From Camelus dromedarius (taxonomy: Eukaryota), in NCBI RefSeq assembly GCF_036321535.1, contig NC_087437.1, positions 117,554,001 through 117,618,000 of the forward strand: 64,000 bases of DNA, read 5' to 3'. This document shows, piece by piece, positions 40,391-53,007 of this stretch; the first letter of the stretch is position 1, and each line of letters opens with the position of its first letter. Both the position numbers and the translations under genes were made by a program. Below the pieces are notes generated by a model. That model was not told the DNA's origin. It worked only from the letters and a program-made list of their open reading frames with translations, and did not search any database.

Positions 40391-41085
40391 TAATTTCCCT
40401 CTAGCTGGATTTTGAGGTGAGGGAAAACGTTTCTCACCATGCCCTTGGCAAGTGCTTAGTTAGGGGATATGTCTGCTAAAAGGTCTGGCAGATTCGCTCC
40501 CAGTTTCTGCAGATGCAGAAGATTTCGTCTTGGAGCTGGAGTCCTGTGATCAGTCCATGGATGGGGGCAGGGACACCTGAGGGCACCTGTTGACATCAGT
40601 TTACTTTGTACCTGCTTATAGGAGGCATTGCATCGATTCTACGGGGACACAGAGAGAACGGCGTAATTAGGTACACCCCATCCTTTCAGGTCTGCTTTGA
40701 TTAAGCACAATGTTAAGACATGACCATCTGTCTGCAAGGAGCTTGATTTTTAATGGTGGTGATGGATATGCCCACAAGTAAGGTAAAAGTGGCATGTTCT
40801 CTGGCAGACAGACAGAGAGACAGGGAATGGGAAGGGGATGAGATACATTTCAACCCAGAGAGTCTTGCATGGAGAAGTACAGGTCTTGAAGAAAGCACAG
40901 AAACTGAATGTGTGGAGATAGGGAAAGGCACATTCCAAGAGCGGCAGCCACAGGGGCGAGGAAACACTTTCGGGGATCCCAGCAGCTATTCCAACTTGGG
41001 AGACGTGTAGGGAGCTTAGAGTTGTGTGGTGGAGTTGATGCGTGAAGAGGCAGGTTAAAGCCAGGCCAGATGCCAGATGGCCACC

Positions 41086-41280
41086 GTGGCAGAGATAGCT
41101 AGCAGTTCACCTGCTTGTCTTCTCCTTGTTTTGGGAACACAGCCAGTCTACACTTCTCAGCCTTCCTCACAATTAGATGTGGCCAGGTGACTGAATCCCT
41201 AACAATGAAATGGGCAGGAGCCATCTGCCAGAAAAGAGGAGCAAATACCATGGATGGGTGGAAGGTGACCCTGCACAGCT
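41086..41280 (+). mobile_element. Old MaLR LTR 5' part (MLT1J-like)
   Basis: gtggcagagatagctagcagttcacc...gggaacacagccagtctacacttctcagccttcctcacaattagatgtggccaggtgactga. Confidence 0.65.
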
Positions 41281-41302
41281 GCATTCTTACCACGTCAACT
41301 GC

Positions 41303-41830
41303 TACCACTACCACCTTTACCATCATCACCACCACCACCACTATCACCCCCACCTCCACCACCATCACAACCATCTCCATCACCATCATCAATATCACCA
41401 TCATCACCACCGCTCTCATCATCACCTCCACCACCGCCATCATCACCACCACCATCACCACCACCAATACCACCACCACCACCATCAGCACCACCTCCAC
41501 CACTATCATCCCCACCTCCACCACTATCACCACCATCTCCATCACCATCATCATTATCAATATCACCACGACCACTCTCATCATCACCTTCACCACTGCC
41601 ATCATCACCACCACTGTCACCACCATCAATACCACCACCACCACCATCACCCCCACCTCCACCACCATCACCACCATCTCCATCACCATCATCAATATCA
41701 CCATCATCACCACCGCTCTCATCATCACCTCCACCACCGCCATCATCACCACCACCATCACCACCATCAATACCACCACCACCACCATCAGCACCACCTC
41801 CACCACTATCATTCCCACCTCCACCACCAG
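41303..41830. repeat. (CAC/CAT)n trinucleotide-derived repeat with 303-bp higher-order period
   Basis: Units A 41343-41504 (162 bp), B 41505-41645 (141 bp), A' 41646-41807, partial B' from 41808. The marker ccgctctcatc recurs 303 bp apart (its g at 41412 and 41715). Confidence 0.92.
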
Positions 41831-42339
41831 CACAAATGGAAGAATCGTGCTTCAGGCTCTACACTCAGCATTCACTTCTCCTCTCCAAGATAATCTTGTT
41901 TATGCCCATAGCTTCCATCAGTTGGCTCCCAAATCTTCATCACCAGCTTTCTGGTTTTAAATGCTCAGGCTCCATATAAGGAACACCTGAAGGAAATAAC
42001 TCTTTGGTTTTATGTAGGCGGACAAAGATGGTATTCAAAATACTGCTGTGATGGCTGGAGACACATGGCAGAGGGGAGCATGCTATCAGCCTGCTGTACT
42101 TCCTTAGTGAGTGCAAGCCATTAAGTGTAGAATACAGCCTTCTACCTCAACTAAAGACTCAGGGTGCCTACCCGTCTTCCACATGAAATCCATACCTTAC
42201 TCTGTCTCGATTTGGGGCCTGTTTCATACCTAAACTGTTCATATTCTTCTGGTTCCCAAATTACCCTGAAATTACATTGTATGTTCTATTTTCTAAATTG
42301 GTAGATTATTTTTAGTACTTAGTAAGTGCATTATGGTAT

Positions 42340-42594
42340 TTTTTTAATTATTATTTTTTATAGAGGTGTAGTCGATTTACAAGCGATTCAGTTACACACA
42401 TACACACATATAAATACACTTTCAGATTCTTTTCCATTACAGCTCATTACAAGGAATTGAATATACTTCCCTGGGCTGTACAGTGGGTCTTTGTTCTTTA
42501 CCTGTTTTGTATACAGTCATGTATATTTATTAATCCCAAACTCCTATTCTTCCCCCCCACTTCCTCCCTGGTAACCACAGTTTTTTTTTTTTTT
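42340..42594 (-). mobile_element. L1 3' end fragment
   Basis: gaggtgtagtcgatttaca...cagattcttttccattacag...ctgtacagtgggtcttt...taatcccaaactcct...ggtaaccacag. Confidence 0.8.
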
Positions 42595-43019
42595 TGAAAT
42601 TACATTTTGTAGTCCAGCTGTAGCTAGGCCATAGAAATATGGTCTTTTATTCTTTTTAAGTTCAAAATGAAAGTGTAATTTTGTTTATTCTGTGGCTTGG
42701 AGCACAAGGGGCTAGCCAGACCTCTTCCAACTCCCACATTCACTCACGCGCTCGTTATGCTGCCCCTGGATTCAGTCTTGTTGCTGGCGTTCTCGGCTCT
42801 GGCTCAGACTAAACGCACCCACAGAGCTTCGGAAAAGCACCCTGGTTCAGGTTCCACCCTAGACCAGTTATGGGGCCTGGACTTCAGTGCTTTTACATTG
42901 GTGCTTTTCATATGATTCAAATGTGCTGCCAGAGCTGAGAGCCGCAGTTCCAGACGTTTTTTTTTTTTTTTCTTTGCCCAATTTGTATTCTCTCTTGGCC
43001 AAGATTCAAATCTTACTCT

Positions 43020-43203
43020 AGTGAGTCTCCAGCAATGCGTATATCAAAATCATCTCGAGCACTTATAAAGACAGATTTCTGAGCCTCACCCTTGGGGTTT
43101 CTGATTTGCTCGGTCTGGGGTGGGGCCCGAGAATTTTCATTTCTAACAAATTCCCAGGTGATGCTGACACTCTGGTCTGCGGACCACACTTTGAGAACCC
43201 ACT
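43020..43203. mobile_element. MER5A-like hAT-Charlie MITE
   Basis: ggtctggggtggggcccgagaattttcatttctaacaaattcccaggtgatgctga...ggaccacactttgagaaccc. Confidence 0.85.
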
Positions 43204-43339
43204 CCATCTTAGTTAGGCCTAATCCTGCCTAAGAGTGTTGGTCTTCTGAAGTCTGCTTCTCAGAGTCAAGGTAACCAGCTAGTCCAAATGTTGGTGCCAA
43301 ACATCCCACATCGTGGGGAACCCCGCAGGCTCTGGAAAA

Positions 43340-43739
43340 CAGTTGGTCACCAAAATGGTAAGTACACTTCCTAAGCTCTGGACCCTGTGAAAATCATCTT
43401 ATTATGAAAAAGGACCTTTGCCGATGTGAGTAAGTTAAAGATCTTGAGATGAGATGCCCACAACGGATTATCTGGGTGGCCCCAAAGCCAATGACAAGTG
43501 TCCTTAAGAGAATGAGGCAGAGGAAGATTATACGGACAGGAGAGGAGACGGCCACGCGGTCACAGAGGCAGAGAGTGGAGTGATCCTGTCACAAGGAGGT
43601 CCAGAAGCGAGAAGAAGTAAGGGCTGGACTCTCCCCTAGAGCCCCCAGAGGGAGTATGGCCCTGTCCGTACCTTGATTTTGGACTTCCCCAGAATTATGA
43701 GAGAATAATTTAGTACAGCAGCCACAGGAAGTTAATACA
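43340..43739 (+). mobile_element. MaLR LTR (MLT1C-like)
   Basis: aaaaggacctttgccgatgtg...gatcttgagatgaga...ggattatctgggtggccc...gcagccacaggaagttaataca. Confidence 0.8.
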
Positions 43740-43839
43740 GTTGCCCTGATCACTGCTCTTCTCTTGGGGGTGTTTCTTGTCTCTTGTGCCTATCAAAAGT
43801 GAGATACTCACTTAGAATGACAATGTCCAGGTCTCAACC

Positions 43840-44075
43840 GGGAGTTCAAGATTTGCAGATACTAATTACTATATAAATAATAGATATACACCAAGTTTCT
43901 ACTGTAGAGCACAAGGAACTATATTCAATATCTTGTAGTAACCTACAATGAAAGAGTATGAAAAGGAATTTCTATGTGTGTATGTGTGACTGAAACATCG
44001 TGCTGTACACCAGAAACTGACATAATATTGTAAACTGACTATACTTCAATTAAAAAAAGTAAAAAATGAAAAAAA
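43840..44075 (+). mobile_element. L1 3' end fragment
   Basis: gggagttcaagatttgcagatactaa...gcacaaggaactatattcaatatcttgtagtaacc...ttgtaaactgactatacttcaattaaaaaaa. Confidence 0.88.
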
Positions 44076-44928
44076 TGACATATCTGGAAAATATATTGCC
44101 TCCACAGAGACTGGATGATTGACTAATGAATCTGTAAAAATATTTCCCAGAAAGAACGGGCTGGAAGTCAATGGAGTACAGCTAATCTGACATATTAAAA
44201 GTTCTGAAGATTGTCTCCAGTAGGTCATTAAGCAGCAAATGAACGAAACAGAAAGTCTATTAATATTAAATGTGCCACTTTGTTATGCAGGCTACGCAGC
44301 CCAGCAGTGGTGGGTGTCCTGTCAGGAATGTTCTGGAGCAGTGGGGCTCTGGGTCTGAAAAACAGACCAGGTAGAGAATCCGGAGCATGTTCGAACTCCC
44401 GACCAGCAGACCACCCGTAGAGTCAGGTGTTGAAGGGATTTCTGTGTTCTGAGAAGGTTCTGGTATCTTTACATCATTGGGCCACAGAGGGACAGAGCTC
44501 TTGTGAAAGGGCTGGGCCACCATCAGGACACACCCTGTCAACTCTCGGTCACTCCTTGGGCCAAAATTCTTGGAAGGGGGAGGTTAAGATACATATGAAA
44601 ATCCCAGAAATAGCAGCTTGCCCTGCAATGGTCTTTGAGTTCTATGCCCTGAGCTGGTTCTGCTCTGGAAAACCAGGTGTAGCTCTATCTGGGACCCCCT
44701 GACTGGCATCCTCCATTTTCTCCATCTCTTCTGGGTTTTCCGCTGGCTGCTCCTCAAGGAGACTCCGGCCCCTCCGTCCTTGCTAACGTCTGAGTCATGG
44801 TTTTCTCCTGACAGTCAACGTCTGGACTGGTCTCTGGACGTACCACTGTGTGAATTACCTTGTCCAGGCTGCCCATACTTAGTATATGCCCAGCATGTCC
44901 TGTGATGCGTCATACTTTTTCTTCTGTT

Positions 44929-45078
44929 AATTTTTTATTTTTATTTTTTTGAGGGGGGAGGTAGTTAGGTTTAATATTTTTATTTATTAAAAAAAATTTG
45001 AATGGAGGTACTGGGGATTGCACTCAGGACTTCATGCGTGCTAAGCATGGCTCTACCACTGAGCTAGACCCTCCCTCC
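44929..45078 (-). mobile_element. tRNA-Ala-derived SINE (vic-1-like)
   Basis: ggggaggtagttaggtt...tggaggtactggggattgcactcaggacttcatgcgtgctaagcatggctctaccactgagctagaccctccc. Confidence 0.9.
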
Positions 45079-47205
45079 TTGTCTATTTTTGTAAAGTTGT
45101 TTGTCAGTTGTCTCCTGTGTCCTCTTCTGCAAGTTGAGATTACTAATTATGTAACGACAAGGATCAGGCCCCCTGCCTTTTCTCATTTGCAAGACACCCA
45201 CATCTGGCACCAGCACGAAGTAGGGTCTTATCTGGAACAGACATATTCACAGTTCCCCACCACAGTGTTGTTGTTTTTTTCATTCTTGGATCTACGTATT
45301 AATACAGCCTTCTGGTTCAGCTGTGAATTGAATGGGGTCCCCCTGAATGGGCCTCAGAAGGGGGTTGAATATTCTAGAATACAAAGACAGAGGACCAACA
45401 CAGCAGACCCGGGAGAGGTGCGGGGAACCATGGGCCCTGCTCAGTATCTGGCACCTTTGCAAACACTCAGTGAATTTTTGCTGAATGAATGCTGCCTGAG
45501 AGAATTAGCCGTGTCCAACACCTCGTAACAGAGCACCTTGGGGTGTTTTTGCATTGCAGAGAAAATCTGCTTTGAAACTCAAGTTCTGCAAGTTCTTTTT
45601 GGATTTCATTTCTGCGACTGTAGAGGAGAAAACTCCAAGGTAAATTTAATGTCATGTTCAGCCTAAGACATGACGGGCTCAAAGGCCTGAGATTGGTTTG
45701 CAAGCTGGTGTTCTAGCCTCAAAACTCACACGCACGTCTGTGCTATTCGCCAGTGTTTGCGTTGTAAATCACCCACCAGGGAAGAAAGCCAGTCTTCAGG
45801 GAAGATGGCTCTGTGTTTTGTTACTTTCTTTCCCTTTCTTTCTGAATCCTGGGGTTCAGGGTTCTCGTGCGTAGCCCTCAGATACGGCTGGTTCAGGCTA
45901 CAGCTCTAAGGAATTGTGTTAAAATAGAGACATTAAAGAGGAAGTGACAGTTTATAAAATGTGAAGATGTAAGAGATACTTGGTTCTCCCAGCTACCTCT
46001 GGAGCAGCTATGAAGGATGCTCTCAGAGAAAATTTAAAGTGCTTATTGCTAAAACTAGAAGCCACCTGGCGAGATGCAGCGGGCTAGTGTCACAGGCTCT
46101 GTAACCTTTTCTCCAAAAAGCAGAATGGTCAGAAAGCTAAAACGCTGTGGGGTTTTAACTCACAGGTTTGCCACTGAACTTTTTACTTGGGAAGGCCAAC
46201 ATAAGAAATACTTTGCTTGCAAAGTGATCAGTAATTTAGGTGATGGTTTCTTTGGGGATTTATTCACTGATCTTACTGAGCCTTTGCAAGGTACAGAAGA
46301 GAGAGCAACAGTTTTTGAATATTGTTGAAATTATGCCACACAAAGGCTCTAAATTGGAAAAGAAGAGCTTAAAGGGAGATCAGAACACACTACCTCCTAT
46401 TAGTGGGAAGAACAGGTTTAAGAAACTAAAAATCTTGTATCAGTCACTTTGGTGCAGAGTTAGGACAACCTTTATGTTGGTTCTTATAAATTTCCATTAG
46501 ATTTGCTGTAGCATTCTGTTACTAAGTCCCAAATCCAAAGTGAATTTTGTAAAATGAATTTATTATACTAAAAAAAGAAAAAAGTGTATCCAAGGATAGT
46601 CAGGCTTCCTGCTGACAAAAAGTGGCTGTTTTCTCTTGGCTATTGTTCTAGGAACTATTTCTGGAAGCTTACTAATGTCTTTAAAACTTAGGATTGCGAG
46701 CCAGTGTCATGGAAATGAAATCAAGCTTATGAAAAATCAGTTTCTTTCTGGTTTTAGCACTCTCAATAAACAGTGCAAAATAGATTTTAAAAATAAGTTT
46801 TGACATTGGGGAATTATGGTGCATGGTAGAATAAAACAAAATGGAAATAGTATTTTTAAAAATTATGTGAGTCCACTAACTTTGTCCTTGGCTTTAAAGG
46901 TGTATTTAGCCTATAAGCCTCAATTTAAAGAAACCATGGTGAGAAATTAAGTTTCATGGAAAGAGGCAACACCTCTGTGGGTCTCAGGGTTAAGTTCATC
47001 TGAGGCTGAAGTCATGTCTATGGATGCGTGATTAAATCACGGAGCTCCATTTCAAGAGGCATCTAACAAGCCTTGGAGAGTTAACTGATGCTTCAGGTGC
47101 CTTACAGCCACATACCTGCAGCACACGTCAGCCCTAATTTCTCACAAATTATCACCTGTAGCTCCACAAGGTATAGATCACCATTAGGCAAACAGGCAGC
47201 ATTAA

Positions 47206-47917
47206 TTCTTCTTTTCCTTCTTTTTTTAAAGAAATGAATTATATTTATTGTACAATATTATATAAGTTACAGGTGTACAATTTAGTGATTCACAATTTTA
47301 AAAGGTTATACTCCATCGATAGTCATTATAAAATATTGGCTCTATTCCCAGTGTTGAACAGTTTATCTCTGTAGCTTATTTTATACCTAATAGTTTGTAT
47401 CTCTTAATCCCCCACCCCTGTATTACCTCCCTCTTTCCCTCTCCCCACTAGTAACCACTAGTTTCTTCTCTAGATCTGAGTCTGCTTCTTTTTTGTTATA
47501 TTCACTAGTTGTGTTTTTTAGATTCCACATACAAGTGATATCATACAGTATTTGTCTTTCTCGGTCTGACTTAATTTCACTTAGCAAAATGCCTGCCTGG
47601 TCCATCCATGTTGCTACAAATGGCAAAATTTCATTCCTTTTTTATGGCTGCATAGTATTCCACTGTGCGTGTGTGCACACATTGTGAGATATACATATCT
47701 TGCATTTTCTTTATCCATTTATCTGTTGGTGGCCACTTAAGTTGCTTCCATATCTTGGCTATTATAAATAGTGCTGCTACTAACATTGGGGTATATGTAT
47801 CTTTTCAAATTAGTGCTTTGGGTTTTTTCAAATATCTACTCAGGAGTGGAATTGCTGGGTCATATGGTAGTTCTATTTTTAGTTTTTTGAGAAAACTCCA
47901 TATTGTTTTCCACAGTG
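47206..47917 (-). mobile_element. 5'-truncated L1 (ORF2 C-terminus and 3' UTR)
   Basis: Minus-strand ORF MPFVATWMDQAGILLSEIK resembles the L1 ORF2 end; TSD caggc(a/t)gcattaa at 47193-47205 and 47918-47930. Confidence 0.92.
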
Positions 47918-48889
47918 CAGGCTGCATTAACAAACTGTTAAGTGAGGGTAGAGGGGAGGCTGTGGGGCTAAGGGCACAGACATCTTTGTTGCATTTTCCA
48001 AGTCACCTTTCCTCTGAGTTGTCCCAACAATCTGCTTCTATCAGTGCTGATGTTCTATGGAGCAGCTGAGCTGTCGGTCTGAGCTGGCTGTTCTGACTTG
48101 CTTCTCTTTTTGAAAAACGCTGACCTGATGTTTTCCACCTTGAATTTCAAGAGCCAGTGGATTTGGGGGAAGTTCAAATTCTGTAAGTTTGTATGTTACC
48201 TTTAGCGGGGGCTTGAAAAGCAAATAGATGGGCATTTATATAGGGTGACTTTTCAAAGAATGTTATGTCTATATTTTTATATTTAACAGTTTGACTAGAC
48301 ATTTAAAAAGATGGCTTCATGTCAGCAAGGAAACTTGCAGCATGAAACTTTTATTAAAAGTTAGAACTTAATGAAAAATCCCAGCAAAAACACTGCATTT
48401 TAGCGGAAGGTAGGAAACCGTGGGAGAAGATAAAGTATAGGGGAGGCTGTAGGGCTCTGAGCTGGGTTTTTAACTCAGATCTAAGGAAATGAAGAGACTG
48501 TTGGCTTCAGTTTTTCACCCGTCTTGACATCAGTGTTCTTCATTTGCATTTCATTTCAGAAACTTGTTCATGGCCTTTTTCTGGGTCTTATAATCGTGCA
48601 GAATTACTCTATTTTCAAGGAAGGCGCATTCCTCACCATGGCTGCAACCGTTGGTCTCTTCCTCTGTCTCACTCCAAATGTCCTTTTTTCCTCCATCAAA
48701 CCAGCAGCTTACAACCTCCCCCCTTTTCTCCCAGTCCTTCAATCATTTTTTACTAGTTTCCCCACTTGGTCTGGCTGAGATGATCAACCATTTTCCATTT
48801 TAACTGTTCCCTTACTAGTGTCCTTAGTTTCAATATCTGCTTGATTTCTTCATCACCCATTTTGCTTTTGTCTAACATTGATAAAATTC

Positions 48890-48890
<1 letters not shown>

Positions 48891-48924
<34 letters not shown>
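48891..48924. repeat. (TG)n microsatellite
   Basis: Seen directly. Confidence 0.92.
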
Positions 48925-48925
<1 letters not shown>

Positions 48926-49269
48926 CCGTGAACACGCACATGTTTTTATAGTCTCGATGGTGAGCTTTTAGATACTATTAGAAAAAGATACTCAATAAAA
49001 TTCATTACTCTCATCACAAAATTATTTTATATAACCTCAACTGAGGCCTCCTTGCTACTTGACATTTCTTATCAATTATTCTAGTTAATTCCCTAGTGAA
49101 TTGCCCACAGTGGATGATCTACCCTTTTCTGTTCTCTTCAGTCATACTTACTTTCTAAAACTGCCTCACTCTGAAGGTGAACTTGTGCCCTGCTTCACTG
49201 AGAAGACACAGCTTCTTACACCTCAGTTTCAGAATTCCTCTTCATCCTCTCTTCTCTCTTGCTAATTAA

Positions 49270-51140
49270 TATTTCAGAAGAGAAAATATCTCTCTTCCTT
49301 TTTTCATTGCTGCAAAATTCTCAGCCATTAATTGTTACTTCTGCCCAATTTTCTCCTCTGTGGGACACGAAATGTATGTATGTTGGAACTTCTGAGAGTA
49401 TTCCATATGTCATTTATGCTCTTACTTGTTTTTCCCACTATTTTTTTCTGTCTGCAATTTGGACAATTTCTACTGGCTTTTCTTCCAAATTACTAATACT
49501 AAGTTCTGCATGTCCAGTCTGCTGTTAGCCTATCCACTATTATCTCAACTTGAGACATTATACTTTTAAAAGTTTTGGATGTCTGTTTGATATTTTATGA
49601 ACATAAGTTCTTTGGAAAAAATCTTTATCTTTTTGTCTATATTATGATTCTTTCCCTTCATTTAAAGAAACATATTAATCAGGTTAAAATCCTTGATTGC
49701 CATCTCCAATATCTAGCTTATCTGTGTTTCTACTCCTATTGAATGTTTTTTCTACTGATTATTAGTCATAGGTCTTCTCTCTTTACATACCTGATTTAAA
49801 AATTCATATGATTTATAAAAGAACAGTAGACACTCCAGCTGATGTTATCTTCCTCCCAAAAGACTTGTTTTTTTTTTCCCCCCTCTTTAAGCAGAGAAGA
49901 TAAGAGGCTAATCACTTTGGTATAACCAAGATTGAGCTGAGTTAGGGGCTGAGCTGCAATTTTAGTAAGATTCAGCTTACATCTGGCTTACCATGCTTCA
50001 GGCTTTTGATCCACAACCTAATAAGTCTTTATCTTAGCCCCGAAAGACCAGAAAGTTCAGTTCTGCCCTTCAGAGGTTTTTCAATTTAGCTCTTTAACTT
50101 TACCTATTTCTGCATCACTAATTACCCCAAACTTAGAAGCTTAAGAAGACAAGCATTATTATCTCAGTTTCTGTGGGTCATGTATTTAGGAGCCACTTAG
50201 TGGGGTGATTTGGCTCAGGTTCTCTCCTGAGGCTGCAGTCAAGATGTTGGCTGGTGTTGCCATCAAGATCAAGACTGGACTGGAGCCAGGAGATTTGCTT
50301 GCAAGCTTGGTTACTTGGCTGTTGACCTGTGCCCTCTTTTTCCTCTCTGACTGTTGGCCAGAGGCCCCTTTTTCACAGTGTAGCCTCTCTATAGGACACT
50401 TGGGCATCCTTATGACATGGCAGATGGTTTCCCCCAGAAGGAGTGATTCAAGAGAGAGCAAGATGGAAGTCACAATGTCTCTATGACCTAAGCTTAAAAG
50501 TCACACCCCATCATGTCTGCCATATTCTATTCCCTAGAATTGTGTCACTGTGCAGAGCCCCCACTCAAGGGGAGGGAGATTCGTTCCATTAAGGGAAGAG
50601 TGTCAAAGCATTTGTGAACGTATTTTAACTCACCACACCTCCACACACAGTTTTCAAAATCTGGCAAATGTCTTCAGGGAAGCTCTGCCTTGTGTTCAAG
50701 GCAGACTCCCTTGTCTTTAAAGCACCAAGAGAATGCAGGTAAAGTCACTTAGTTGTTTAGAGATCTTGGCCAGCCTCCCCCATCTCCCAAGTGGCTCGGA
50801 ACCCAGAGACTGTCCTGAGGCCCCTCTCATTTCCCGCTGCCACAGCAGCCTAGTTTGCTGTTAGAAACTTTGTTTCTCTCTGTTTCAACAGAAGCCTTCT
50901 GCTTGTCCTGATCTTCAGCACCCACCAGGAACAGAGCATCCCCAAGGGGAGAAATGGCTGGCCATCATCATTTAATCTGAGAATGACTTTCCCATGTTTG
51001 GAATCTTAGTTTGTCTAGGCCTTATTGATTCTGCAGTTCTCTGATGCCTTGAAATTGTAGTTCTGTAGTTTATCCACCTTGCTGTGGTTACCACAGCAGG
51101 AGCGCTGGCCTGACTGCTACATCCTACCCCGAGGCAGAAG
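49270..51140 (-). mobile_element. Ancient L1 (L1M-type) fragment, interrupted by an MLT
   Basis: T-rich degenerate sequence with L1M-like motifs (aattctcagccattaattgtt, ttcttccaaattactaat, gtccagtctgctgttag); boundaries approximate. Confidence 0.5.
50100..50638 (-). mobile_element. MaLR LTR (MLT1F/H-like)
   Basis: aattaccccaaacttag...attatctcagtttctgtgggtca...gaggctgcagtcaagatgttggc...gtgtcaaagcatttgtgaacgtattttaactcaccaca. Confidence 0.8.
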
Positions 51141-51967
51141 CAGACACTCTTCCTTTTAAAGGAAAAGTCCCATTTGTTGTCTTGCTGCTGAGTCCCCAGA
51201 AGCCCGGCACCATGAAGCGGACGCCCTCTCCCTGGCACCTCCCTTCGTCCCTGTTCTGCTCCCTTGGCTTAGAGACAGCTTTGTCTTTGCTCGGCTAAAC
51301 AAATCTGCTTTTTATTTCAACGCTGACGACCCTTTACCACCACCCTCCCACGCCCCTTCCATGCCAGCTCTGCAGCTGCCTTAGCCTCGTGTCCCACGTG
51401 TGTCCCTTACACTCTGGTTTCTGAAAGCTCCACGGAAGGTCCTCAGGTGGCCTCTGGACAAAACCCAGAGGCTTCCCCGTGTCCCTCACCTCCAAACTTC
51501 CAGCCGCATTTACTGTTCTTTTCTTTGGCGTTTCCCTTGAGGGGTCCTTTTGGGCACAATTTTGTTACTTGCTGTGCTCATTTCTCCTGCTCCTGGGTGT
51601 TCACTCCTAATTTCACTAAAACCCAGGGTTTCAACATCCCCTCCTCTTCGTGTGACCCCTGGGTTTTCATCTGTGGTCTTCTGCCTTTCTCTTGGACACC
51701 AAACCCAATGGTAAGGGCTTACCGGACATCTCCATAGGACTGGATAATTCTTACCCTAAAAACAATATTCTTCCCTAAAATTTGATTTTCATAATCTCCA
51801 TTTATTTGTCAAGACTCAGATCCTGTTGTCCTGCTGACTGGCATCCATCTCTGGTCCCTTGGGCTGCTGGGGGCCGGACGGGGGTGGGGCTTCTCTGTGC
51901 GTCTCCATCATGCACTCACTACTGGGCTCTGCGTCATCTCCTCACTGTCCCTCTTGCTCCCCTAGAG

Positions 51968-52183
51968 CAGCAGTTCTAAACTAAGGGCCTTTTACAGCAC
52001 TCCCTCCACCCAAGAGAATTTGACGATGCCTGGAGACATTTTATGTAGTGACTATATGGATGCTGTTACCGGCATCCAATGAGTAGAGGCCAGGGTTGTT
52101 GCTAAACATCTGATAATGCATAGGACAGCCCGGCAGCAAAGAATCATCCATCCCCAAATCTGGCTTCTAGTGCTGAGAAACTG
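51968..52183. mobile_element. MER20-like hAT-Charlie element
   Basis: cagcagttctaaac...tgcctggagacatttt...ggcatccaatgagtagaggccagggttgttgctaaacatc...gcataggacagccc...gagaaactg. Confidence 0.85.
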
Positions 52184-53007
52184 CACTGGACTATGAGCCT
52201 TTCAGAAAGTAGTAGCGTGTTTCCCTGATCTGTGCACCTGCGGGGCTTGACTCACTGTGTGTGCCCAGGAGATGCCTGCTAAGTGTCTGAAAGAAAAGAA
52301 AATGTTAAATATGCTCCTCTGCCTTCCCTTCCAGATTCTGTAATATCTTATTTCCTCTTTGTTTACTAAAATCTTGTACATTCTTTATGATTCAGCTCAG
52401 ATACCAGTCTCTCATGGTTCCTCCAGAATTCCTGTCTCCTACGTGCTCCCACAGCAGTTTGCTCTCAGCTTTTTTCACCTCTCCCGGAGAAGTATGTTTA
52501 TTTGCTTCCGTGGTAACCTCCCTAAGTTAACTCAGAGGTCCCCTAAAGCTCTGTTGGCGAATTACTCTTTTTTGGAATGTTTTTCGGCCCAGTAAGTTGC
52601 CTCAGGAGAGTAGGCATGTTTTTTCATCATTAGTGAGTTGACTCAGTCTCTCCCACAGAGTCCTTTTTGTGGACCAGGTTGTGTCCCCTGAAAGGATGCA
52701 GAAACCAGTGGATCATTTGGACTTCCTGTTGGGTGTCATTGGTTGTCTGAGGATAAATGCCTAACTGAGAGCTGATGGGGGGCTGGTGATGCCCTACGGT
52801 ATTTGTTAAATAAATTCCAACAAAAAGGCTTCGGAAAACATCTTGCTCAACCACAGCATCAGAGGGATTAATACATATTTTTCCATAATGATGAATAATT
52901 TTTATTTCAATGTATAAATACGAGTATGTTTGCCAAAAATGAAAAAAAAAAAAAAACCCCACAAAAATCAAGCATATCCCTCAACAGGCACACTTGGCTT
53001 ACAGCAC

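Noticed and set aside
41099..41960. ORFs of 227-281 aa (poly-His, Thr/Ile mucin-like, Val/Met)
   Set aside because: They arise from the CAC/CAT triplet repeat, which lacks stops in these frames. The N-termini come from an LTR fragment and there is no gene context.
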